Source: Squalus acanthias (taxonomy: Eukaryota). Taken from it: a stretch of DNA of 64,000 nucleotides. The first letter of the stretch is position 1. Each line of letters opens with the position of its first letter. Shown here piece after piece: positions 1 to 11,514 of this stretch. The stretch spans positions 138,572,001 through 138,636,000 of the forward strand of contig CM059432.1 in the NCBI GenBank assembly GCA_030390025.1, in the 5' to 3' direction. A program made the translations under genes and the position numbers. The notes under the pieces were generated by a model that was not told the origin of the DNA, did no database searches, and saw nothing but the letters and a program-made list of their open reading frames with translations.

Positions 1-479
1 TGGCCTGATATGACACTGATCAGTAGCACCTCTGAGCAACTGCCCTTCATCAATGGACTGCAAGGAGTGGCAATAGATGTTGCTGTCTCATTTGATATGG
101 ACAGTGCACCTACTTCTCCCTTTGAGGCCAGCCCCTGAGGGAGCAGCAAACCTGGGCCCAGGCCTCCTTGACAATGCAAGAGCATGGCAACCAGAAATGA
201 CTCCTTCAGGGACAGCAGCTTCACTGAGACAAGAGTCACCTCTGTCCTCAAAAGCTCAAGAGGAACCTTCTCAGCCACCCACCTCTCGACTGTACATCAC
301 TCAGGGAGTATCTTGAAGAAGTAGTAGATTAGAAGGTAGAACGTGTAAGGTAGCTGGCACAAAGGGTCGACACAGTGGTAAGAAATAACTGCAATTAGTG
401 TGTAGGAAACTGTTAGAAACCTTTGGTGAAATTTATTCTGCAAAGTAAAAATTGTTTGACCCATAGACAATCTGGGAGG

Positions 480-1720
480 GTTGGCTAGCCTAGCAAAAGC
501 ACTCAGCTGTAGATTACTGCTTCGTTTCTCTGGCTACAGGCAGATGTTTTGCTTGCGTCACCTCCTCTCCTTCCTGTGCGCCCTCCTCCTGATGTGGGGA
601 TGGAAGGCCTGCTCCCTCATCTTCATCTTAATCAGCATTATCCTCTTCAGCTTCAGGAAGGACTAATCCTTTCTACATGGTGATAATATGCAGAATACAG
701 CCAACCACAGTGATTGTAGAGACACTTACTGGACTACATTCAGGGCTCCTCCACCAGATATATCAAGGTACCTCAAACAACAACTGCAACAACAACCACC
801 TACATTTTATACAGCGCCTTTAACGTAGTAAAATATCCCAAGGCGCTTCACAGGAGTGTTATCAAACAAAATTTGACACCGAGCCACATATATTAGGACT
901 GGTGACCAAAAAGCTTTGTCAAAGAGGTAAGTTTTAAGGAGTGTCTTAAAGAAGAGAGAGGCGGAGAGGTTTAGGGAGGGAATTCCAGAGCTGTGGGCCT
1001 GGACAGCTGAAGGCACGGCCGCCAATGGTGGAGCGATTAAAATCGGGGATGCGCAAGAGGCCAGAATTGGAGGAGTGCAGAGATCTCGGAGGGTTGCAGG
1101 GCTGGAGGAGGTTACAGAGATAGGAAGGGGCGAGGCCTTGGAGGAATTTGAAAACAAGGATGAGAATTTTTAAATTGAAGTGTTGCTCAAATGGGAGCCA
1201 GCACAGGGGTGATGTGCTAAAACAAGAGTTCAAAATGCCAATGGTCTGCTCTATTAAAATTCTTGTAGTCCCAGGTGTCGCATTACACTTGTTTATCCCC
1301 TGTCTGTGAAAGTCTTACTGGAGTCCAAAGCCATGACTTCAGGGGATATCCTGATCACCAATCAACCAACCTCTGAGTCATCAAGCCTGGTATGGTGCAT
1401 TGTCACATGATAAAAGTGTCAGGATAGCTTCCTGGATAGCGGGGATTAATGTGCAGGATGAGGCGATTAGTATCACTCACTAGCTGGATGTTTACAGCAT
1501 GAAATTCTTTCCCATTAATGAAGTCGAGGGGGGCTGCCATGTGGCTTTTGAGACCACATCTGTTCTGTCAATTGCTTCTCGCACATGTGGGAACTCTGCC
1601 CGTCTATAAAACTGGACGGCTTGCTCTCTTTATTTCATCGGTTCCACGGAGAAGGTACTAAGCAGTGAGGCCCATCTGGAGAGGGCTTCAATGACCTTCT
1701 TCACCCAATGTTGAGCTGTC
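480..1720 (-). pseudogene. Degraded Harbinger/HARBI1-type DDE transposase, interrupted by an L2 fragment
   Basis: Minus-strand translation across frameshifts gives FPHVREAIDRTDVV, FINGKEFHAVNIQLVSD...ILHINPRYPGSYPDTFI, GWLIGDQ.YPLKSWLWTPVR, TTRILIEQTIGILNSCF, then RYLDISGGGAL..SPVSVSTITVVGCILH and an acidic tail. This is the HARBI1/DDE_Tnp_4 motif order. Confidence 0.8.
781..1210 (-). mobile_element. L2-type LINE 3' fragment
   Basis: (CAA)n tail and ...SSNSGLLRIPDFNRSTIGGRAFSC.GP.LWNSLP ORF2 end; same family recurs many times in the window. Confidence 0.85.
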
Positions 1721-1724
1721 TGAG

Positions 1725-2450
1725 GCTGAACCAGACCGTTCGCAACCTTGGCGTCCTATTTGACCCTGGGATGAGCTTCTGACCACATATCCGCTCCATC
1801 ACAAAGACTGCCTGCTTCCACCTCCGTAACATCGTCCGTCTCCACCCCTGCCTCAGCTCATCTGCTGCTGAAACCCTCATCCATGCCTTTGTTACCTCTA
1901 GACTCGACTATTCCAATGCTTTCCTGGCCGACCTCCCGTTTTACAAGCTCCATAAACTTGAGCTCATCCAAAACTCTGCTGCCCGTGTCCTAACTCGCGC
2001 CAAGTTCCATTCACCCATCACCCCTGTGCTCACTGACCTACATTGGCTCCCGGTCCGGCAACACCTCGATTTTAAAATTCCTCCATGGCTTTGCCCCTCC
2101 CTATCTCTGTAAACTCCTCCAGCCCTACAACCCTCCGAGATATCTGCGCTCCTCCAATTCTGGCCTCTTGAGCATCCCTGATTTCAATCGCTCCACCATT
2201 GGTGGCCGTGCCTTCAGCTGCCGAGGCCCTAAGCTCTGGATTTCCCTCTCTAAACCTCTCCTCCTCTCTACCGCTCTCTCCTCCTTTAAGACGCTCCTTA
2301 AAACCTACCTCTGTGACCAACCTTTTGGTCGCCTGTCCTAATATCTCCTTATGTGGCTCAGTGTCAGATATTGTCCGATAACGCTCCTGTGAAGCGCCTT
2401 GGGACATTTTACTATGTTAAAGGCGCTATATAAATGCAAGTTGTTGTTGC
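1725..2450 (+). mobile_element. L2-type LINE 3' fragment (ORF2 C-terminus and 3' UTR)
   Basis: RNLGVLFDP, ETLIHAFVTSRLDYSN, QNSAARVLT and HITPVL-like motifs; ends aaggcgctatataaatgcaagttgttgttg. Confidence 0.88.
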
Positions 2451-3413
2451 TGCCCTACCAAGGCGGCCATTTAGTATGTTGATGGGATTGAGCACACCAC
2501 TGACCAGCAGTCCGATTTCATTCTCCAGGCTCAATGGCACAGAGACCAACACAATAGACTGACTATCTCATCCTGTTATTCTTGGAGACAGAAAGGAGGA
2601 ATGAGAGCCTGTCCAGTTTTGGGAAACAAATTGCCATTTAACATAAAGCACGGAGCCCTTTTAAATCATCCTCTCCTATGAAATGTGAAAGAAATCAGTA
2701 TGTGTATCAAGAGAGATGAATTTAAGAGTGGTTGGGAAGTTAAAAGTTTTATGTTGGATATAGAATTTCCTAGTAATTAACTGCATGATATTTCTCAATA
2801 AACCTGCAGTAATTACGTAACAATCATTAATCCTCTTGTGGGAGTGTTATTGCTCACCAAGGACATGGAGCATACTGGTAGTAACGTCCACATTGACAGC
2901 TGCTGCCATTACAACCTCCTCCTCCCCTCCTCAAAGCGGAATAAACCCCTCTCGTAAAATTTAAGCGAAATATATTACAAAATAGTAACGGATACTAAGG
3001 AGCAACTGCAAAATGTAACCTAAACCTGGGGTTCGGGAGACGGTTAGAATCCACTCCAGTTCAACTCTTGGCAAGAGGCCCATCTCTTTGGTTCGATAAC
3101 AACGTCGTGATTGCTCCCTTTATCTTCTGGACAAAACTTGCTGCTGGCTATTAAATCCAAGCAGTCGGCAGCAGGTTTTTTTGTCCAGCGTAATGGGAGT
3201 GAGCACAAGACGGCTAGCTCATCAGAAAGAATTGCGATGGTGGCTTATGCTTTGAATCTAGACCTTGAGTGGTGTGTAACTACCCACACGTTAAGAACAT
3301 TTCCACTTGGGTTTAATTAACCCTGTGACAGTCAAACTCCTGAGGAAACAACAATCATGCTGCTGCCTTTCTTGAGGGGAGGGTGGCGGATGTTGCGTGC
3401 CTATTGTGTGAGG

Positions 3414-3827
3414 AAAGAAAGACTTGCATTTATATAGCGCCTTTCACGACCTCAGGATGTCCCAAAGCGCTTTAAAGCCAATGAAGTACTTCTGCAGTGT
3501 AGTCACTGCTGTAATGTAGGGAAACGCGGCAGCCAATTTGCACACATCAAGCTCCCATAAACAGCAATGTGATAATGATCAGACAATCTTTTTTTTTTTG
3601 TGATGTTGGTTGAGGGATAAATATTGGCCCATGACACCGGGGAGAACTCCCCTGCTCTTCTTTGAAATAATGCCATGGGATCTTTTACGTCCACCTGAGA
3701 GAGCAGACTGTTTAATGTATTATCTGAAAGATGGCACCTCAGACAGTGCAGCACTCCCTCAGTACAGCACTGGGAGTGTCAGCCTAGACTTTTGTGCTCA
3801 AGTCTCTGGAGTGGGACTTGAACCCAC

Positions 3828-3869
<42 letters not shown>

Positions 3870-3878
3870 GGCTGACAC
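3414..3878 (-). mobile_element. Full-length tRNA-headed DeuSINE (SacSINE1-like) with L2-derived tail
   Basis: On the minus strand: A box TGGCTCAGTGG, B box GGTTCAAGTCC, Deu-like core (ggtgccatctttc...aaaagatcccatggca...ccccggtgtc), tail aaggcgctatataaatgcaag shared with L2. Confidence 0.85.
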
Positions 3879-4159
3879 ACTTGGGTTTAATTAACCCTGT
3901 GACAGTTTGGAACAGTTTTTTTTACTTTGAGTATCCAGCATCAGTATCAGAGGTTCCCACGTGCCCAGATGCAGTGTAAACCTACCTCTACTCACACTAT
4001 TCTCAGCATCCAGATTGAAATCTCCAGTTCTCACACTCATATCGACTTTCTGGGAGGCACTGGAATTTTGTGCCAATTGGGAGTTTTTGGGTTGTTGAAA
4101 TGTAACGAGAAATTAAACCGAGCATTTTTTGTTGAAATTAATTTCACACAGGGGACAAT

Positions 4160-4730
4160 ATTGACTATTCCAACGCACTCCTGGCCGGCCTCCCACATTC
4201 TACCCTCCATAAACTTTGAGCTCATCCAAAACTCTGCTGCCCGTGTCCTAACTTGCACCAAGTCCCATTCACCCATCACCCCTGTGCTCACTGACCTACA
4301 TTGGCTCCTGGTTAAGCAACGCCTCGATTTTAAAATTATCATCCTTGTTTTCAAATCCCTCCATGGTCTTGCCCCTCCATATCTCTGTAATCTCCTCCAG
4401 CTTGACAAACCTCCGCGATCTCTGCGCTCCTCTAATTCTGCCCGCTTGAGCAACCCTGATTTTAATCGCTCCACCATTGGCATCCTTGCCTTCGGCTGCC
4501 AAGGCCCTAAGCTCTGGAATTCCCTCCCTAAACCTCTCCGCCTCTCTACCTCTCTTTCCTCCTTAAAAACGCTCCTTAAAACCTACGTCTTTGCCCAAGC
4601 CTTTGGTCGCCTGTTCTAATATCTCCTTATGTGGCTCGGTGTCAAACTTTCATAACGTTCCTGTGAAGTGCCTTAGGAAGTTTTATTACGTTAAGGGTGC
4701 TGTATAAATACAAGTTGTTGTTGTTGTTAT
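4160..4730 (+). mobile_element. L2-type LINE 3' fragment
   Basis: Encodes LIQNSAARVLT...LHWLLVKQRLDFKI...LHGLAPPYL...LWNSLP; (TTG)n tail. Confidence 0.88.
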
Positions 4731-5825
4731 AGCTAGCACAGAAAGGAGACCTTCATTGAGTTAGGGCTGAATTCAAACCAAAGTCTTAAAACCAGGCTCA
4801 TGTTCAAACCTTTTGCACTACTAATCCCCCTCATATTGCACTTTTCATAGTATCTGGTCAGAAAATGTCACAGGTATTCCGGGGTTCGGAGCATGGATGT
4901 GATGCTTGACTGCTAATCTGTCTTGTCCCTATAAGGCACTGCTCAAATCCTTCAAATAGGAATGCAGGTAATTGTAAATTCCCCAAGTCAATTACAGATC
5001 ATTAAACAATATTTTTATTCATGTGTACTATGTTTACATCACCTCATGTGTTAAGTAAATATTTTAGTGTATCTATATTACTAATTAAGCAAGGATGGTT
5101 ATATAACGGTACAATGGATAATAATTGATGATGGCCACCTTCATTACAAGGATAAAACTGACTGCCCTTACTACAAGAATCCTGCCATCAGGACCCTTTA
5201 AAAAAAAAACGAACTATATAAAAAGATTTGAGATCAATTTTGAAATCCATCCATCGTATTTAAATAACGCTACGAGAAATAGTCCAGAGGAGTCACTGAG
5301 CCAACATTATAAGGGAACTGGATTGGGAGCATAGGAACAGGAGGAGGCCATTCAGAACCTCGAGCCTGTTCCACCATTCAGTTGGCTCATGGATGATCTG
5401 TAGCTCAACTCCTTTGATCCATATCCATTGATACCCTTAACCAAACAAAAATCTATCAAAGGCAAAATACTGCGGGTGCTGGAAATCTGAAACATAAACA
5501 AAAAATGCTGGAAACACTCAGCAGGTCAGGCAGCATCTGTGGAGAGAGAGAAACAGAGTTAACGGGCTCGATTTTAATTCCCGAGGCGGGTTGGAGTCGG
5601 GTTGCGTGGTGGGCGGGTTCGGGAGCCGCTTCCGGCAGGATCAGCTGCAGAGTTGCGATTTTTATTAAAGTACCTTGTTAATTTCATGGCGGCGCGCTGG
5701 CCGGTCCAATGAGTGGGATCGGGTCGGCTGGCCGCCTCTGATGATGTCATAATAGCAGCTGCTTTTAAAGCTGCCATCCAGCCTGAGCCTTTCCATTGTG
5801 GTTTCCTGCACTTGATTTAAACGCT

Positions 5826-6065
5826 ATGACTTCTTCCAGAGGCAAGGCAGCTCCTCGCTTTAATGATGAGTCCCTCCAAGTTCTTGTCGATGCTGTCAGA
5901 GGGCGCAGGGAAATTCTCTTCCCTCCTGATGGCCGGAGGAAGCCTCCTCAGCAGACCAAGGCAGCCTGGCTGCGCATTGCTCAGGAGGTGAGCACAAGGT
6001 CCATTTATGCACGCTCATGGATCCAGTGCCGCAAAAGGTTCAATGATCTTGTGAGAACATCAAAA
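5826..6065 (+). CDS. Harbinger Myb/SANT-like (trihelix) DNA-binding protein, exon 1
   Basis: MTSSRGKAAPRFNDESLQVLVDAVRGRREILFPPDGRRKPPQQTKAAWLRIAQEVSTRSIYARSWIQCRKRFNDLVRTSK (80 codons) ends at the donor AAA|GTGAGT. PRF...W..IA..V...R...QCRKRFNDL is the Myb_DNA-bind/MSANTD signature. Confidence 0.8.
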
Positions 6066-6409
6066 GTGAGTATCCCATCTCACTTGCCTTCACTCTGCTT
6101 CCCTTCTCTTCTCATCACCAGCACTCTGCGTTGTAAGCCTCCTCCTTCACATCCCACCTTACTCTTACTTCCCTTGCACCCTTTCCTATCCATCTCTGTC
6201 TCTGCACTGAATCACTTCAGCATCCTGCCTATGCACCCCTTAGACTCGCTCTCACTGTCATGCAGTGACAACAACTAACAACGCACAGGGAGCTACCTTC
6301 CTCTTGGCACCTTACCCCATCTTCGTCTCACTCAAGGCTTCTATGGTAGGGATTAATCACACTCACTCCATCACTGTGGCTGAAACACCGCTTGTGTCCC
6401 TCCTTGCAG

Positions 6410-6613
6410 GAAAAGATAGCCCACAATAAGAGGGAGAGAGCAATGACTGGAGGAGGAACACCTCTGGGGCCATCCAGAAAAAGAGCGGTTTGTGAAATAC
6501 AGGAACAAGTGCAGGTGTCTCAGGAAGGGTTTGCCTCCAAGGTTAGTGCGAGTGTGGAGAGAATGGAGGAGTCCATCTCTAACATCTGCCGTGGTGGAGG
6601 CAATGGCGCATGA
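6410..6613 (+). CDS. Harbinger Myb/SANT-like protein, exon 2 (in frame with exon 1)
   Basis: Acceptor tccctccttgcAG ends at 6409; frame continues EKIAHNKRERAMTGGG, typical of this family, to TGA at 6611-6613. Confidence 0.7.
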   Translation, partial: EKIAHNKRERAMTGGGTPLGPSRKRAVCEIQEQVQVSQEGFASKVSASVERMEESISNICRGGGNGA

Positions 6614-7202
6614 GCGCACCGCCATGGATAGGATGGCAACCTCCGTGGAAAGGATGGCTACAGCCATGGAGTTAATAAGTCGCCAGAGTCAGGAAAACAT
6701 GGTGACTGCACAGAATAGACTGACATCTCTGGAGGAGCGATGGGCAGCTATTGAACAGAGAGACCAGAGCTTCATGGACATCCTTTTGAGGAGGACAGCC
6801 AGTGCAGATACGGGTCCTCATGGTCCCCCCGATGTGCAGCAAGGTGCTCTCCTGCCACTTGCCAGCACTGAGGTGCGGCTGACCCATGAGCGGGATGTTG
6901 TTGGCAGGACAGAAGGAAGTGTGGGCTCCTCTCAAAGCACTCATACGACCATGCCTCTACGGAGCCCTCGGTCAGAGACTCACTTTGCAGAGGCAACTGA
7001 GATGGCCGTTTCAGCCCCTGCACAGCCGCAGGAAGAGCAGACTGTTGAAGAGCCCTCCCAGGCTCCCAAACCCATAGGACGCCCGCCAAAGGCGTCTAAA
7101 CAGGCGCAGCATCCTAGTCAACAAGGTGCCTCTACATCTGCTGAAGCCACAGGGGAAGCACCACGTAGAAGCACGCGTAAGAGAAAGATTAAGCACCTAT
7201 AG
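6580..7202 (+). pseudogene. Frameshifted C-terminal part of the Harbinger Myb-like protein
   Basis: Long open frame (AMDRMATSVERMATAME coiled-coil-like, low-complexity region, basic end RRSTRKRKIKHL) offset from exon 2 by a frameshift near 6580. Confidence 0.6.
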
Positions 7203-8839
7203 TCACAAGGAGACTCACTTGGGTGATGTTTCTTTTTTTTCTGACTCTTGCTGGTATATTTTGTCATGTGTTAAAGATAAATTATGTCAAACATTTGATT
7301 GTGTGGCCTATGTGTTCTGGGAAATGGCAAAAGTGCATTAAGGGCTCTGGGCGACTTACATTTGTAATGCTGATGGTAAAAGTGATAGGAAATAAGAGGG
7401 TATAGCAGAGATGAAGTATGACGTTGGACAAGTGTCGCCTGCAATTACAGAGCCATATGGTAGCCACCTATGGTTGAAGAGTAAGCTTATGGTAGTGTGG
7501 CATGGCAGTGTGCATACCCTGGCTGATGGGCAGCAGTGAACTGGAGGGATGCTGCATTGGTCACAACAGGGCATGCAAGGCTCCCCTCATCCTCCTCCTA
7601 CTCCTCTTCCCAGGAAGATCTGTAGTGAGCCCAGCGGCTGCTACTCAACCGATTATGAGGACCAGGATGAGATGACATAAATGTTTCCCATCCCCTTGCT
7701 ATAGATTTCATTTGAGGTAACAATCTTGCAAGCGCACAGTCGAAGTGGCCTGAAATAATTCCATTCATGACACACTGCAGATGGGTGTCAGCTTGAACAG
7801 TCAGAAGGTCAGTAGATGTGCAAAATGTTAGCCCATACCTGCAACAGCAAAGTTGTTGCATTTGAATGTCAGCCATGTTTCAGGGGCGCTTTTAAAGCGC
7901 GCCACCAATGCATACAAATGGTGTCCTCCAGCAACTCGTCTCCTTGAACCTGGCCTGTTTCTGACTAGTCGGAAAACAGGAGCCAGAAGCAGGAAAATGG
8001 GAAACCACGATGAAAATAGGATTAGCAAGGCAGTTAAACAGGCTGTTAACTGCCTTAACTACCTGTCCCACCAGTTGGAGACGAGTCAGTTTGGGAGCAG
8101 CTAAACAGACACTCAGGAAAATTGGGTGGGGGCGGGATGGAGGCGGGTTGGGTGTCTGAAGCTATTTTTCCCAACAGACCCGCCTCCAAACCCGCCTCCT
8201 CAGGGCTATTAAAATCGAGCTCAACGTTTCAGGTCTATGACCTTTCGTTAAAAATCTATCAATTTCAATCTTGAAAATTTCAATGGTCCCAGCATCCAAC
8301 AGCCTTTTGGGGGAGCGAGTACCAGATTTCCAGTACCCTTTGTGTAAATAAGGGCTTCCTGATTTCACTCCTTTAATTTTAAGGTTATGCCCCCTTGTTC
8401 TGGAATCCCCCACCAGAGAAAATAGTTTCTCTCTATCTATCTATTGAATCATTTTATCATTTCAAACACCTCGATCAGATCACCCCTCAACCTTCTAAAC
8501 TCAAGGGAATACAAACCAAGTTTATGCAGCCTGTCCACATAATACAACCTTTTAAGCCCCAGTATCATTCTAGTGTATCTCCACTGCACCCCCTCCAAGG
8601 CCAATATATCCTTCCTGAGGTGTGGTGCCCAGAACTGAACACAGTTACTTCAGATGGGGTCTGACCGAGGCTCTATACAAGTGAAGCATAACTTCTGCCC
8701 CGTTGTATTCCAGACCCCCACTTGAGATACGCCTTTTTGAATACTTTTTATAATTAACGCATAACTAATGTTGAGATAATGATCATCATCATTTTCATGT
8801 CTTCTCATTGTTCCCTTATGGGGAAGGATTCTCAGGCTG

Positions 8840-9096
8840 ATCAACAGTCTGACTGGGCACGTTAGCGCTCCTTCCATGGGCCATAACCATCTGTAGACCA
8901 GCCGATAGGGTGGGTAGTCCTATATGGCGGGAGGGTTTTATGGGCTCCCACAACCCATACGATGAGGGGGGGGGCGGGGGGCGGGAGGAGAAACCCAGAC
9001 CTCCGACTCCACTCGCCGGGACTGTCTGGAGGAGGATTTGAACCCTGCACCTTCTGGTTCAGAGGCGGGAATGCTACCCGCTGCGCCAAAGGCTCA
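8840..9096 (-). mobile_element. tRNA-headed SINE of a third family
   Basis: Minus strand gagcctttggcgcagcgggtagcattcccgcctctgaaccagaaggtgcagggttcaaatcc has A box and B box but continues into a body unlike the other SINEs. Confidence 0.55.
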
Positions 9097-9214
9097 CTCT
9101 GAGATAACGATGGCATTCTGTGACACTAATTCAGCTCCCTTATACTGATCTGAACGTGGCGGCCTTACACTGACTCTTACATTGATGATAGTTCAGTTCG
9201 CTTATCCTAAATGA

Positions 9215-9950
9215 CACAGAAATTACAAATTGACGGGCAGGAATAGACCAGTTGGTCCATCAAGCCTGCCCAACACGCATGATCGCCGGAGCATCATGAC
9301 TAAACACTTCTTCCCTCCCCCACCCACCCACCCTCACTCACTTCCCTCTCCCGCAACCATGTAATCTCTTGGGAGAGCCAAAAAAAAAGGGAAAAAACCC
9401 AGGGCCAATAAGGGGAAAAAGTACTGTGGAAAATTCCTCTCCGAGTCCCTCGGACAATCGAAACCAGTCCAGGAGATCACATGGACCGAGTGTTCTCTAT
9501 AAAGACACTTGCCTTCTATATGATGCGATCTCTGCCCCAGTCAGGAACCGGTCCAGCTCCCTCTTGAAATCCCTCCTGGATTATAATTCACAGGCTGTTC
9601 GACCCAACCAGTCCACGTTGATGTTTATCCTCTGCATGAGCAGTAGTCCACTCAGCTCCCATGTCCCTCGGTTCCCCTTTCCTTCAACCACCTATCTAAC
9701 CTATTCTTAAATATTGGCCTGGTCTCACAACCCTCTCTGTAAAAAAAACTCCCTTGCTCTCTGTCCTAAATCTCTTACATTTAATTTTGTATCTATGTCC
9801 CTTTGTTGTAGAACTGTCAATCGCTTTAAACAGTCTTGTTTCTATCCACGCTGCCTCATCCCTTCATAATTTTAAACACTTCTATCAAATCTCCATTAAT
9901 TTCCTCTGTTCTAATTAAAACAGCCCCAGTTTTCCAAGTTTCTTCTCGTA
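9215..9950 (-). mobile_element. Two or more degraded CR1 3' fragments
   Basis: CR1-like tails (gaccagttggtccatcaagcctgcc; tccagctccctcttgaa) and reverse ORF2 remnants at 9720-9950. Confidence 0.5.
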
Positions 9951-9980
9951 TTTGACCCAAATTCAGCTGCTTTACACACT

Positions 9981-10654
9981 CGGCTGGATTTTGATACTGG
10001 GGCGGGTTGGGGTCGTGTTATCCACCCGACTGCAATTGGATGTGGGAGATTGATGGAATTTTCACCTAATTGGGCAATTGAGTTCCAGCATGTGGGAACC
10101 CATGACCCAATTAGTGTTTTGAGTCTGAAAGTCGCCTCTGATGATGTCATCATTGCTGCTGCATTGAAGGTCTTCAGAGACTGCCTGGCCTTTGCTGTGA
10201 GAGGACCTGGATGGAAGTCAGAGAGAGAGAGAGACTGGCTTTTGCTGTGAGAGGAGCTGAAGGCAAAATGAGCAGCAGCAGCCCTACGTCTGCTCCCAGA
10301 TATTTTTCCTACTACTACTACTCCCTTGTAATAGTGGACCTGCAGCTGATAGTCAGCTTTCGAAATGTGCTCCCACCAGGTTTCACAATCGTCTTTCAGA
10401 ACAGGCATGCTTCACGTAAAACAAGGGTTAAAATCACAAAGGCCTTTCAAAATGGCATTATAGAGCCAATTTAGTGCTTGTTAAGGGTCTTAACAGCCTA
10501 TCCCGCCTCTTAAAGGCGGGACGGAGTCGGGACCAGCAGACACGATTTAATGAAAATTGCATGGAGGCGGACTTTTGCCCGCCCGCCAGTTTTTGCTATT
10601 TTAACCCCCCACACGCCTCCAAACCCGCCTCACGGGTCAATGAAAATCCAGCCC
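9981..10654 (+). mobile_element. Non-autonomous Harbinger derivative (MITE-like)
   Basis: TIRs (c)ggctggatttt / aaaatccagccc. Internal gcctctgatgatgtcat shared with the 5564 element, plus a Myb-start remnant (MSSSSPTSAPRY). Ends match the 34108-34951 element in reverse. Confidence 0.8.
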
Positions 10655-11514
10655 TCAGTATCAGCAAACCTTCCAAGCCAGTAACTCTGATGTTATTATC
10701 AGGAGACCCTACCCCCTCAATCCACCAAATGTATGGGTGTAATTTGAGCAGATATGATCAGAGAAGTGAGCAAATTTTCATCTGCTTTGTATAGCACGCC
10801 TGTTTCTGGCACACAACAGACATCGGTGGAAGCTTCATCCAAATATTAAAACGTTGGTCGGAACACATTGGTGGGGGTTAACGGTGTGGGATGGGGGCAA
10901 AAATTAGACCCATTGGCACAATGGCTCATCGGAACCTAAGTGCCAACATAAGATGGCGAAAAAAATAATATGCGCACCATTTCCTGATGTTTGTGCCTGC
11001 AGGACATCCCTTGATCATTTCATCTGTGTAAATTGGACATCCAGGGTTGCTAGGCAGTGGAAGTTTGTGTGTAAAAGACACAGTAAGATTAAGGTAAATG
11101 TACTTCAGTCATTTTGTTCATATTTTTGCCTTAACTAAGTAACATAACACAGTCTAAAGTAGTTGTGCAACATCACAATGCCTGATTAACACCGCTACAT
11201 TTGTGCAAAGGCCTGTTCTTTTTAAGAGCAGAACTATTGGCGGAAGCTGTTTGATATTCAGATTATGCAAGCTTAGGAATCTCTTCTTTGAACGATTTGA
11301 ACTTTTATGTGGGAAAGGTTGAACATTTTCACACGTATTTCATTTGAACTCTAACCCCCCTCCACGGCCTGGATTGAGACAGTCTAAAAGCGAACCTTCC
11401 TAGTTCGAGGATAAATTTCACGTGAGCATGAATGTTCACAATGTCATTTGCATCAATAAAATATTAAAATACAGTATAAGGAAGTTTGGAGTTCTAAGCA
11501 TAATATGACATATT

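Larger units (their letters stand above)
5564..8222 (+). mobile_element. PIF/Harbinger-like DNA transposon, internally deleted, retaining the Myb/SANT-like gene
   Basis: 15-bp TIRs gggctcgattttaat (5564-5578) / attaaaatcgagctc (8208-8222), 14/15 match; 3-bp TSD AAC (5561-5563, 8223-8225). Myb-like exons inside; only a short acidic remnant of the convergent transposase near 7500-7650. Confidence 0.9.
5460..8249 (-). mobile_element. Short Penelope-like element end (5460-5563 plus 8226-8249), split by a Harbinger element
   Basis: gcaaaatactgcgggtgctggaaatctgaa...ggagagagagaaacagagttaac|gtttcaggtc matches the 3' end of the GIY-YIG element at 40931-41961 in reverse orientation; 13-bp TSD. Confidence 0.8.
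5326..8730 (-). mobile_element. CR1 LINE 3' fragment split into 5326-5459 and 8250-8730 by nested insertions
   Basis: CR1 tail (ataggaacaggaggaggccattcag..ctcgagcctg) and ORF2 remnants ([18 protein letters not shown]). The halves join at the duplicated 13-mer aaaaatctatcaa (5447-5459 and 8250-8262). Confidence 0.8.

Noticed and set aside
77..316. Independent 79-aa gene
   Set aside because: Low-complexity frame convergent on the decayed transposase; more likely the remnant tail of that Harbinger's Myb-like gene, truncated by the window edge.
3800..3878. tRNA gene (also at 37125-37198, 50740-50814, 54890-54960)
   Set aside because: The A/B boxes run directly into the DeuSINE body; these are SINE heads.
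3927..4619. 230-aa ORF as a host gene
   Set aside because: Its C-terminal two-thirds is L2 ORF2 end sequence; the N-terminal part is a chance open frame.
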